A stretch of DNA of 20,000 bases, taken from an uncultured virus (IMG/VR IMGVR_UViG_2684622675_000002) (taxonomy: Duplodnaviria; Heunggongvirae; Uroviricota; Caudoviricetes). Below, in pieces: positions 1 to 7,164 of the stretch; within the stretch, counting starts at the first letter, position 1; every line of letters begins with the position of its first letter. Under the pieces are notes generated by a model, which had not been told where the DNA came from, made no database searches, and saw only the letters and a program-made list of their open reading frames with translations. The stretch spans positions 46,001-66,000 of IMG/VR virus record IMGVR_UViG_2684622675_000002; one strand, given 5' to 3'. The position numbers and the translations under genes were made by a program.

Positions 1-154
1 GATGGGTTGGTATAATTTTATACGGCATTTCAATTTTATATGCCCATCGGCGATACTGTCCCATATGAAGCTCTGCAATAATAGGGGATACATGTGTAGG
101 GAAAACTGTAAGTTTGAAATCTTCATAAGCACCAACGACATAAAATTTTGACAT
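1..154 (-). CDS. Partial hypothetical protein, third gene of the SLATT operon (MSKFYVVGAYEDFKLTVFPTHVSPIIAELHMGQYRRWAYKIEMPYKIIPTH..., runs off the window)
   Basis: Translated by hand. The ATG at 154-152 overlaps the TAA of the 154..786 ORF (TAATG), a purine-rich RBS (GGAAGGGAG) lies upstream, and the frame stays open to position 1. Confidence 0.6.
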   Translation of the reverse strand, partial: MSKFYVVGAYEDFKLTVFPTHVSPIIAELHMGQYRRWAYKIEMPYKIIPTH

Positions 155-786
155 TAAAAATTTCTCCCTTCCATACCATACTTTGGGTTATATGTGAAAA
201 TTTTATTCTTTAATTTATGGTTTAACCTTCTTATTGTAGGGTTAGATGCATATGTATTTGGTATAAATATGTTATTGATATGTTTTTCCGTAAGAATGTA
301 TCCTGCATCCAAGCAAAACTCAAAAAGCCATGCATGTGGGTTATTCTCAGCGTACATGAAATCTATTACTGTTGTGGAAAAATATTTCTCAAGGATAGGC
401 TTTGAGAAAATACAAGCGCTGTGATTATTTATGTTTTGGAGATAAATACTTGGCAAGTTGAATAAATCTGATGTTAACGCATAAAATTTATTATAATCAC
501 AATTTATCATTTGTAGGAAAGTATCGTTGTCAATGCTTGCTTTGAGAAAACCAAATTTGATACTTCCCGTGTCGACAGGACTTCCTGCTTTAAAAAAATA
601 TTGGTTATCTGTCAAAAATGATATATTCATACTTATGACGATGGAGCCTCTAAGAAGAGGTGGATTCTCAATTGGCGAGCCAATATTGAAATAGTCAGCT
701 TTTTTACTACCATTACCTGCCGTGAAAATGATGTTTTCAATAATATGAAGTTTATTTAGTGTAAGTACCTTGGTGAAAGTTTTCAT
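154..786 (-). CDS. Hypothetical protein, 210 aa, AT-rich; C-terminal 'FEFCLDAGYILTEKHINNIFIP' loosely resembles ADP-ribosyltransferase-fold families (DUF2971/AbiGi/DarT-like)
   Basis: ORF track; ATGA overlap with the upstream SLATT gene. The family resemblance is weak pattern recognition only. Confidence 0.65.
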   Translation of the reverse strand: MKTFTKVLTLNKLHIIENIIFTAGNGSKKADYFNIGSPIENPPLLRGSIVISMNISFLTDNQYFFKAGSPVDTGSIKFGFLKASIDNDTFLQMINCDYNKFYALTSDLFNLPSIYLQNINNHSACIFSKPILEKYFSTTVIDFMYAENNPHAWLFEFCLDAGYILTEKHINNIFIPNTYASNPTIRRLNHKLKNKIFTYNPKYGMEGRNF

Positions 787-1280
787 GCGTCTTTGGCTTT
801 ACTCTTATAAATATGTTCTCGCCACTTATTATTTGCGCAGTTTAAAATGTTCTGATACTCATTTTGATATTCCTGAACTCTATCAAGTGTTATTTCTCTA
901 GTTTCATCATCCTCCTCCATCCTTTTATCCATCGTAATTAAATGCCTTAGTTCGTAAAGGTCACAAATTGTGGAGATATTCATTGCCATTCTTTCTTGAT
1001 ACATATATTTGCTAAGAATTTGCCCTGCAAGGTTCGCTAAACAACTAGCTACAAGAGCTACGATAGTAATCCAGAAGAAAGAAAATTTGGTGTTTACTGC
1101 TATCAATATAGTAGTAAGTCCACTCAAAAGCACTTGCCCAAATGAATAGAATTTACTATTCTCCTGATTATATTTACGCTTTGCATTAAATTCTTTTATT
1201 CGAGCATCGATCTCTGATTCCAGTCTGTTTAAGCTCTTTAACTTATGCTCTGTACTCATAAAAAACCACTTTTTGAACAT
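783..1280 (-). CDS. SLATT/DUF4231-like two-transmembrane protein (putative defence effector); start may be the MSTEHK ATG at 1259
   Basis: N-terminal charged helix, two adjacent TM helices (GQVLLSGLTTILIAV, FWITIVALVASCLANLAG), 'YQERM...LYELR' helix and a helical C-terminus, which is the typical SLATT layout. Confidence 0.7.
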   Translation of the reverse strand: MFKKWFFMSTEHKLKSLNRLESEIDARIKEFNAKRKYNQENSKFYSFGQVLLSGLTTILIAVNTKFSFFWITIVALVASCLANLAGQILSKYMYQERMAMNISTICDLYELRHLITMDKRMEEDDETREITLDRVQEYQNEYQNILNCANNKWREHIYKSKAKDA

Positions 1281-1466
1281 GCTTGGAGTGAATACTTTAT
1301 CATACTGATATCACTAAAAATAGATATGGTACCAAGCAATGAATCGACACTATTTTAGCAGCCATTCTTTTCGTTGGTTACACTACCTTTTGGCCATTGA
1401 TAGCCACAGATAATTTCCGCTCTTCGCTGACTATCAAAATTATTAGTGCCTTGCTACAGAGCACAA

Positions 1467-1577
1467 TCAGATCTGGTGACAACTAATGCAAATCATCAGT
1501 ACTTTCCCAAGTTTCCTGAAAATTTCTTCGTTCGCTTTCTTATTCTCACTAGCTCTGTCTAGTACGGTTGAGCCCAT
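1467..1577 (-). CDS. Small ORF or gene remnant, 36 aa (MGSTVLDRASENKKANEEIFRKLGKVLMICISCHQI)
   Basis: Translated by hand; GAGG RBS just upstream of the ATG; below the ORF-track cutoff. Confidence 0.3.
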   Translation of the reverse strand: MGSTVLDRASENKKANEEIFRKLGKVLMICISCHQI

Positions 1578-1778
1578 AGGGAGCCTCAAATTAGTAATAC
1601 TAAGTTATTTAAAAATTATATGAAGGCAGCTATGTATACAGAAGAATAAGATACCTTGTATAAGGAAATGTGTAGCGTGATACCTGATGCGCTCAGAACT
1701 GCGCTAGGGGGGAAGCACGAAAGTTCGGGATTGATGAGAACTGCAATGGAGTTGCCAATAAAATTACTAGAGCAATAG

Positions 1779-1814
1779 AAATGTCAAACCCATTAAGGTC
1801 TAGGTTTGACATTT
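1779..1814 (-). terminator. Inverted repeat / probable terminator downstream of the Cys-rich ORF
   Basis: AAATGTCAAACC (1779-1790) and GGTTTGACATTT (1803-1814) form a perfect 12-bp stem with a 12-nt loop. Confidence 0.55.
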
Positions 1815-1825
1815 GTTATTACTGA

Positions 1826-1975
1826 TTAAGCAACTTTCTTTTCAGAGCAGTTGCAGAGAGGGATAGGGAAAGGTCGCCCTTTTTTTGCGATTCGCACTAC
1901 GCCATCAACACAAGTTGAATAGCGAAAAATGATTTCGCAAGTATTACCACATTTACGACAAGTACCAGTCGCCAT
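1826..1975 (-). CDS. Small Cys-rich putative Zn-ribbon protein, 49 aa (MATGTCRKCGNTCEIIFRYS...PFPIPLCNCSEKKVA)
   Basis: AGGA RBS upstream of the ATG at 1975; CxxC...C...CxC pattern; basic; co-oriented downstream of the HTH-peptidase pair. Confidence 0.7.
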   Translation of the reverse strand: MATGTCRKCGNTCEIIFRYSTCVDGVVRIAKKGRPFPIPLCNCSEKKVA

Positions 1976-2019
1976 GAGGTGCATCCTGTTGTTATACACA
2001 GCCTGTAAACCCATACAGA

Positions 2020-2048
2020 TTGCGTTTTGCCAGGAGAACCGCTATCCT
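2020..2048 (+). promoter_or_regulatory. Predicted sigma70 promoter, antisense to the HTH-peptidase-small protein operon
   Basis: TTGCGT (2020-2025), exact 17-bp spacer, TATCCT (2043-2048). Confidence 0.5.
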
Positions 2049-2054
2049 AAGTTT

Positions 2055-2149
2055 GTAAATATATAGGTGTAGCGATGGGGTTGTCTCCATAGTTACCGGA
2101 ATGTGTTAGCGCACTTCCCGCCCGAAAGCCCTGTTAGCGCAGGGCTTTT
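2055..2149 (+). ncRNA. Putative SymR-like antisense sRNA (~95 nt) with two TTAGCG-loop hairpins
   Basis: Upstream promoter; hairpin GGAATGTG-TTAGCG-CACTTCC recalls the SymR GTGTGTTGGCGCAC hairpin; ends in AAAGCCCTG-TTAGCG-CAGGGCTTTT. Confidence 0.45.
2125..2149. terminator. Bidirectional intrinsic terminator-like hairpin
   Basis: AAAGCCCTG TTAGCG CAGGGCTTTT, directly after the peptidase stop codon. Confidence 0.7.
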
Positions 2150-2639
2150 ACATATAAAAATCAAACGTTAATTGTGCCATAGAATAGCCCATTCTTTCCA
2201 AGACAACCTCCGCAAAAGTATCTGCTTGCCATTCTGCATCTTCTATTTGGAGAGGGTGAGTATTGGAAAAATGAAGCACTGGCTTGTGGCCTAATAACAA
2301 ATGTCCTAATTCATGCATCATTATTGATAGCGCACTTCTTTCACCCATGCTGGCCATCTCATAAATTCGCTTGGGGACAGTTATAGTTAAGGTGCTGGGG
2401 TCACAGTGACCTATGGTTAAATCGAGAGTAATCTTCTCCCATGCTCTGTCCTCCATGACATCGAGTGTTATGCCATAGTAGGCAAGCATTTCAAAAACAT
2501 CATCATAGCGCTTCTTCTTTTTACGCCTCGGTGTTAACCCAAACTCGTTGCAGAAGTTAATGGCTTTATTCGTAATTTCATCTACTTTCATAGGAGATAC
2601 CCTGTTTCCCCTCATTTGATATGTAGCGCTTTGATCCAT
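2148..2639 (-). CDS. ImmA/IrrE family (DUF955) Zn metallopeptidase, short form
   Basis: HELGH (HExxH) motif plus downstream EWQADTFA (ExxAxxFA) motif; follows an XRE HTH gene. Confidence 0.9.
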   Translation of the reverse strand: MDQSATYQMRGNRVSPMKVDEITNKAINFCNEFGLTPRRKKKKRYDDVFEMLAYYGITLDVMEDRAWEKITLDLTIGHCDPSTLTITVPKRIYEMASMGERSALSIMMHELGHLLLGHKPVLHFSNTHPLQIEDAEWQADTFAEVVLERMGYSMAQLTFDFYM

Positions 2640-2647
2640 GGTATCCC

Positions 2648-2998
2648 TTATCGGTTCATTTTTTCTAAAAGCTCAGCAAATTTCTTCAACTGTTGAGGTG
2701 TCCACGGGGACTTGGCAAATCCAGCAACAAGCATTTTCTGCTGCTGGGATAGACCATCTAATGGAACTGATTCATTGGAGACGTCAGCTAATTCTTGTAG
2801 ATTACTAATTTCATAACCTTTTGCTTCAAAGAAACTCTGGATGTTTTTCACCCATTTTCTTGGGATTTTTTTACTGCCGGTTTCTAGTCCGCTCAAGAAC
2901 GCAGATGATGCCCCTAACTCTTCAGCCATGGTTAGTAACGTATGTCCTGTTTCAATCCTCGCTATCCTTACGGCTTTGCCGAATTCAGTGAGTGCCAT
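2648..2998 (-). CDS. XRE-family helix-turn-helix transcriptional regulator
   Basis: FGKAVRIARI...LLTMAEELGASSAFLSGLETGSKKIP is a typical HTH_3 pattern; GAGG RBS. Confidence 0.9.
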   Translation of the reverse strand: MALTEFGKAVRIARIETGHTLLTMAEELGASSAFLSGLETGSKKIPRKWVKNIQSFFEAKGYEISNLQELADVSNESVPLDGLSQQQKMLVAGFAKSPWTPQQLKKFAELLEKMNR

Positions 2999-3200
2999 GT
3001 TTGTTTCCTCAGTATGTGGTTCGGGAGGGTTAGGATTTTAATTATGATTAATATAGCTGGGAAATGTTAGTTAGTAAACCGTTTTGGTTAATTTTTCACT
3101 TTAAATAGTGAAACTCCTGAACAAGTAGTTCATTCCATGAAACTTGCTTATAAGCTAGTTAGCTATGGTTAAATTGGTGATCGGGTATCATATATTTGGC

Positions 3201-3433
3201 TTACGAAGTTTTTACGAATGGTTCCGAATTAATTGATAACTATATGAATCTAAAAGATGTAATGAAAAGTAAACTAAGGTGTTTTACTGAGGGTTTAATA
3301 GATAACAAATTGATTTGAAAGGGAATTATTGATTTTAATCTGAAAGAGGAATCGTATTCGGTCTTTTTTTAATGCTTTGATTTATATGGTTTTTTCTCTC
3401 TTCGTCCGAAAATGTCCGAAATCTCCCCGAAAT
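3201..3433. mobile_element. attP-like phage attachment site, copy 1: left arm repeats 3201-3230, IHF 3303-3315, core 3347-3370, IHF 3370-3382, right arm repeats 3404-3433
   Basis: Core AGGAATCGTATTCGGTCTTTTTTT matches the 3' end of the SdsR/RyeB sRNA as I recall it. Two perfect WATCAANNNNTTR matches on the minus strand (AATCAATTTGTTA, AATCAAAGCATTA). Roughly 10-bp-phased (T/C)(A/C)CGAA repeats on both sides. Lies directly downstream of the integrase stop. Confidence 0.8.
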
Positions 3434-3445
3434 CCTATATCCGGC

Positions 3446-3878
3446 CTAAATTTCTACCCACTCATTTTTACGTGAATCAAGGTATACATTCGTCATTTTC
3501 ATCGACTTGTGGCCGAGTAATTTCTGAGCAAATTCCTTGCTGTATTCTGCTTCATAAAGCCGTGATGCCAGGCTGCGGATCTCGTGAAAGCTGGGAGGAG
3601 ATATTTCATAAACTAGATCGGTAGCCTTCAATGCTTTAACAAATGCTTTAGTGAGTGAGTCGGCATTTAATGCGCCGGGTTCGCGACCAGATTTTTTACT
3701 GGCAGAACTAATGAGATATTCACTCTTACTATTATTTAGACACTGCTCAATAACCTCACCAACAGTGGTATTCATTATTTCCAGTCGTAGTGAGAGTGAG
3801 ATAGCAATTTGATTACCGGTCTTACCCTGTATTACCCACAGTTTTCCATCATGCACATCACCTCTTTTTAATTGTCGG
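3446..3878 (-). pseudogene. int: Lambda-family tyrosine integrase, C-terminal fragment (allele A), 5'-truncated
   Basis: FHEIR (HxxR), LLGH and catalytic Y (TNVYLD) present. Similarity to the longer copy stops at 3878, so the catalytic R region is missing. Confidence 0.9.
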
Positions 3879-4151
3879 CTACCAACAGGAGTTCGGTAAG
3901 GCCAAACAGCAAGCTGCTACTGAATTGGCTGCGGGTGGTGTTGATCCAAGTAGCGGTAAATTTCAGGGAACACTACAAACATTGCAAAGTGACCAGGTGG
4001 CCGGGCAAATAGACACGACCAATCGGGCGCAAACCTCACAACAGGATAAATATGTCGCCGGGTTACAGGATGTGGTGGCAATGGGGGCCGGTCAGAAAGC
4101 TGATGCGTTGTCAGGCTATAGCAACATTGCCAGTCAGAGCTTAAACAAGGC
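3879..4151 (+). pseudogene. Duplicate fragment of the truncated virion protein gene (same as 6073-6345), ends at N
   Basis: Appears identical to 6073-6345 and terminates at N4152. Confidence 0.7.
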
Positions 4152-4152
4152 N

Positions 4153-4959
4153 TAGTAAACCGTTTTGGTTAATTTTTCACTTTAAATAGTGAAACTCCTG
4201 AACAAGTAGTTCATTCCATGAAACTTGCTTATAAGCTAGTTAGCTATGGTTAAATTGGTGATCGGGTATCATATATTTGGCTTACGAAGTTTTTACGAAT
4301 GGTTCCGAATTAATTGATAACTATATGAATCTAAAAGATGTAATGAAAAGTAAACTAAGGTGTTTTACTGAGGGTTTAATAGATAACAAATTGATTTGAA
4401 AGGGAATTATTGATTTTAATCTGAAAGAGGAATCGTATTCGGTCTTTTTTTAATGCTTTGATTTATATGGTTTTTTCTCTCTTCGTCCGAAAATGTCCGA
4501 AATCTCCCCGAAATCCTATATCCGGCCTAAATTTCTACCCACTCATTTTTACGTGAATCAAGGTACACATTAGTCATTTTCATCGACTTGTGGCCGAGTA
4601 ATTTCTGAGCAAATTCTTTACTGTATTCTGCCTCATAGAGCCGTGAGGCCAGGCTGCGAATTTCATGAAAGCTGGGAGGGGATATTTCATAAACTAGATC
4701 GGTAGCCTTCAATGCTTTAACAAATGCTTTAGTGAGTTAGTCGGCATTTAATGCGCGGGGTTCGCGACCAGACTTTTTACTGGCAGAGCTAATAAGATAT
4801 TCACTCTTACTATTATTCAGACACTGCTCAATAACCTCACCAACAGTGGTATTCATTATTTCCAGTCGTAGTGAGAGTGAGATAGCAATTTGATTACCGG
4901 TCTTACCCTGTATTACCCACAGTTTTCCATCATGCACATCACCTCTTTTTAATTGTCGG
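4153..4959 (+). repeat. Direct repeat of 3072-3878 (offset 1081), including att copy 2 (core 4428-4451)
   Basis: Non-coding part appears identical; the integrase part differs by about 17 substitutions, mostly synonymous. Confidence 0.9.
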
Positions 4960-5513
4960 ATATCATCCCGGCGCTGCCCGGTCATTAATGCCAGAGCCAT
5001 GCTGAGTGATACCCACTTGGGTTGCTGCAATGCTGCTAAATGAATCTTACGAAAAGCATCATAGTCGAGCCGTTCCCGCTTAACTTTCGGTGATGGGGTA
5101 CGCGTAGCTTCCACAGGGTTACTGCTAATTAGGCCATCAGCGATGGCCTCTCTAAATACATCGGATAAGACAGACCGTAAATTAACCGCCATTGAACTCT
5201 TACCCTCATCGACATAGGCATTAATAAAATCCGCAATATGCTTTGTGGTAATGGCATCAATCTGCATTTTGCCAAATTTCTGATTGATGTAACCAATCTG
5301 AAGGATCCGCATTTTCATTGTATTTTCAGCTAACCCCCGGCGGTTTAATAACTGGGTATATTGCTTTAGCCAGGTAGCAACCGAATTCACCGCGGGATCT
5401 ATAGGGGTAGGTACTGGAGCTCGAAGCCGCTCCAGCAAAGCGACAGGCTGAAAATTTGATTCAATATAATTATTAGCTTCGATGGCTTGAGCAATAGCAT
5501 CCCTGCGGGTAAT
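4527..5513 (-). pseudogene. int: Lambda-family tyrosine integrase (allele B) with an in-frame nonsense codon at 4737-4739 and a missing N-terminus
   Basis: ORFs 4737..5438 and 4527..4712 are in the same frame, with TCA(Ser)->TAA relative to allele A. Contains the core-binding domain, TGQRRDD, FHEIR and LLGH..Y. The frame extends upstream to ITRRDAIAQAIEANNY, then loses integrase character near 5513. Confidence 0.9.
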
Positions 5514-5537
5514 TGGTGGTTTGCTGTTGTAGGTTTN

Positions 5538-6345
5538 AAAGAGGAATCGTATTCGGTCTTTTTTTAATGCTTTGATTTATATGGTTTTATTTTTAAGATC
5601 CCGAAATTCCCCGAAATTCCCCGAAATCCTATATCCGGCCTAAATTTCTACCCACTCATTTTTACGTGAATCAAGGTATACATTCGTCATTTTCATCGAC
5701 TTGTGGCCGAGTAATTTCTGAGCAAATTCCTTGCTGTATTCTGCTTCATAAAGCCGTGATGCCAGGCTGCGGATCTCGTGAAAGCTGGGAGGAGATATTT
5801 CATAAACTAGATCGGTAGCCTTCAATGCTTTAACAAATGCTTTAGTGAGTGAGTCGGCATTTAATGCGCCGGGTTCGCGACCAGATTTTTTACTGGCAGA
5901 ACTAATGAGATATTCACTCTTACTATTATTTAGACACTGCTCAATAACCTCACCAACAGTGGTATTCATTATTTCCAGTCGTAGTGAGAGTGAGATAGCA
6001 ATTTGATTACCGGTCTTACCCTGTATTACCCACAGTTTTCCATCATGCACATCACCTCTTTTTAATTGTCGGCTACCAACAGGAGTTCGGTAAGGCCAAA
6101 CAGCAAGCTGCTACTGAATTGGCTGCGGGTGGTGTTGATCCAAGTAGCGGTAAATTTCAGGGAACACTACAAACATTGCAAAGTGACCAGGTGGCCGGGC
6201 AAATAGACACGACCAATCGGGCGCAAACCTCACAACAGGATAAATATGTCGCCGGGTTACAGGATGTGGTGGCAATGGGGGCCGGTCAGAAAGCTGATGC
6301 GTTGTCAGGCTATAGCAACATTGCCAGTCAGAGCTTAAACAAGGC
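5538..6345 (+). repeat. Direct repeat of 3343-4151, including att copy 3 (core 5542-5565; variant arm CCGAAATTCC-type repeat x3 at 5599-5628)
   Basis: Appears identical to copy 1 except about 5589-5617 in the arm region; starts right after N5537. Confidence 0.9.
5640..6072 (-). pseudogene. int: Lambda-family integrase C-terminal fragment (allele A)
   Basis: Same sequence as 3446-3878; deletion junction at 6072/6073. Confidence 0.9.
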
Positions 6346-6493
6346 CACGAGTGACGCGCAAAAATCACTGAGTGACCGTCAGGCTGTTGGGCAATTGGTG
6401 GGGGCTGCGGGTGGATTGGCTGCCCGCAGTTATGGGTTGAAAGACGCAACGGCATCCGGTAGTCGGTCAACCGGTGTATTTGACGGCAACTAA
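6073..6493 (+). pseudogene. 5'-truncated phage virion/ejection protein (933W/phi24B-like)
   Basis: Frame reads YQQEFGKAKQQAATELAAGGVDPSSGKF...DKYVAGLQDV from the junction; no ATG or RBS; recalled Stx-phage homologues have a longer N-terminus. Confidence 0.7.
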
Positions 6494-6508
6494 TGACAGG
6501 AGATAGCG

Positions 6509-6892
6509 ATGGGACAAGCATCTGATACCTATGCCAACCTAATCCGTGACCAGTATAACGACTGGCTTACGCGCTTCTATCCGAAGCAAAAAGAGCTAAT
6601 GGGGCTGGCTACCAGCGGTGAGTTGATGAACCAGCAATTAACCCGCGTCAGTGACAGCTCTGCCAACAGTTTGCGTTCTGCTCAGTTGGGTACACAAAAC
6701 CAGTTAGCACGTTACGGTACAACTCAGACGGCAAACCCGAACGATAACAGTTTAGGTCTGCGCTCAGCACTGGCCACTGCGGGTGCAAAAAATGGGATCC
6801 GTGAAGCAGAGCAGGACCGACAAATGAATATTTTAACTGGTGGCAGTGCAAGTCTGCGTGAACAGATGAGTATTGGCGGGGGGAGTAACTAA
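6509..6892 (+). CDS. Phage virion internal/ejection protein (933W/phi24B-like)
   Basis: AGGAG RBS; QYNDWLTRF and GAKNGIREAEQDRQMNILTG resemble recalled Stx podophage late genes. Confidence 0.75.
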   Translation: MGQASDTYANLIRDQYNDWLTRFYPKQKELMGLATSGELMNQQLTRVSDSSANSLRSAQLGTQNQLARYGTTQTANPNDNSLGLRSALATAGAKNGIREAEQDRQMNILTGGSASLREQMSIGGGSN

Positions 6893-7152
6893 TGGGCTAT
6901 GGATTAATTGATGCTGCGCGGGATACCCGGCAGCAGGCTATGCAAGGGCTTAGCGATGCTTCTAACCGTGAGATACAGCGTGAGTCTGCAAATGAACAAC
7001 TCAAATCCCAGCAAAAACAGAGCCAAATGAGCATGATTGGCGTCGGGGCCGGTACTGGGATGGCGGTTGGTGCAACTTATGGCGCCGCGGGTGGGCCGAT
7101 TGGCGCAGGCATTGGTGCGGCGGTAGGGTTACTAGCAAGTAGTTTCTTTTAA
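6892..7152 (+). CDS. Small glycine-zipper phage ejection (DNA transfer) protein
   Basis: TAATG coupling; MGYGL N-terminus; C-terminal Gly/Ala-rich hydrophobic zipper (GGPIGAGIGAAVG). Confidence 0.8.
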   Translation: MGYGLIDAARDTRQQAMQGLSDASNREIQRESANEQLKSQQKQSQMSMIGVGAGTGMAVGATYGAAGGPIGAGIGAAVGLLASSFF

Positions 7153-7164
7153 AGGATAATTATC

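Noticed and set aside
1..1780. Retron/DRT (reverse transcriptase + ncRNA + SLATT) or CBASS system
   Set aside because: No YxDD RT or nucleotidyltransferase motif in the visible proteins; cannot be excluded for genes beyond the window edge.
3347..3370. Intact SdsR/RyeB sRNA gene or tRNA at the att core
   Set aside because: Only the 3' half of the terminator is present; the upstream sequence is phage arm DNA and no tRNA fold is visible.
3925..4155. Standalone 76-aa gene (and 6119..6493 as a complete gene)
   Set aside because: TTG start without RBS inside a 5'-truncated gene; this copy also ends at an N.
4737..4739. Programmed frameshift or read-through splitting the integrase
   Set aside because: Simple in-frame TCA->TAA substitution relative to the other allele; no slippery site.
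5599..5628. CCGAAATTCC-type triple repeat as CRISPR or VNTR
   Set aside because: 10-bp units without spacers, beside an integrase; better explained as arm-type binding sites.
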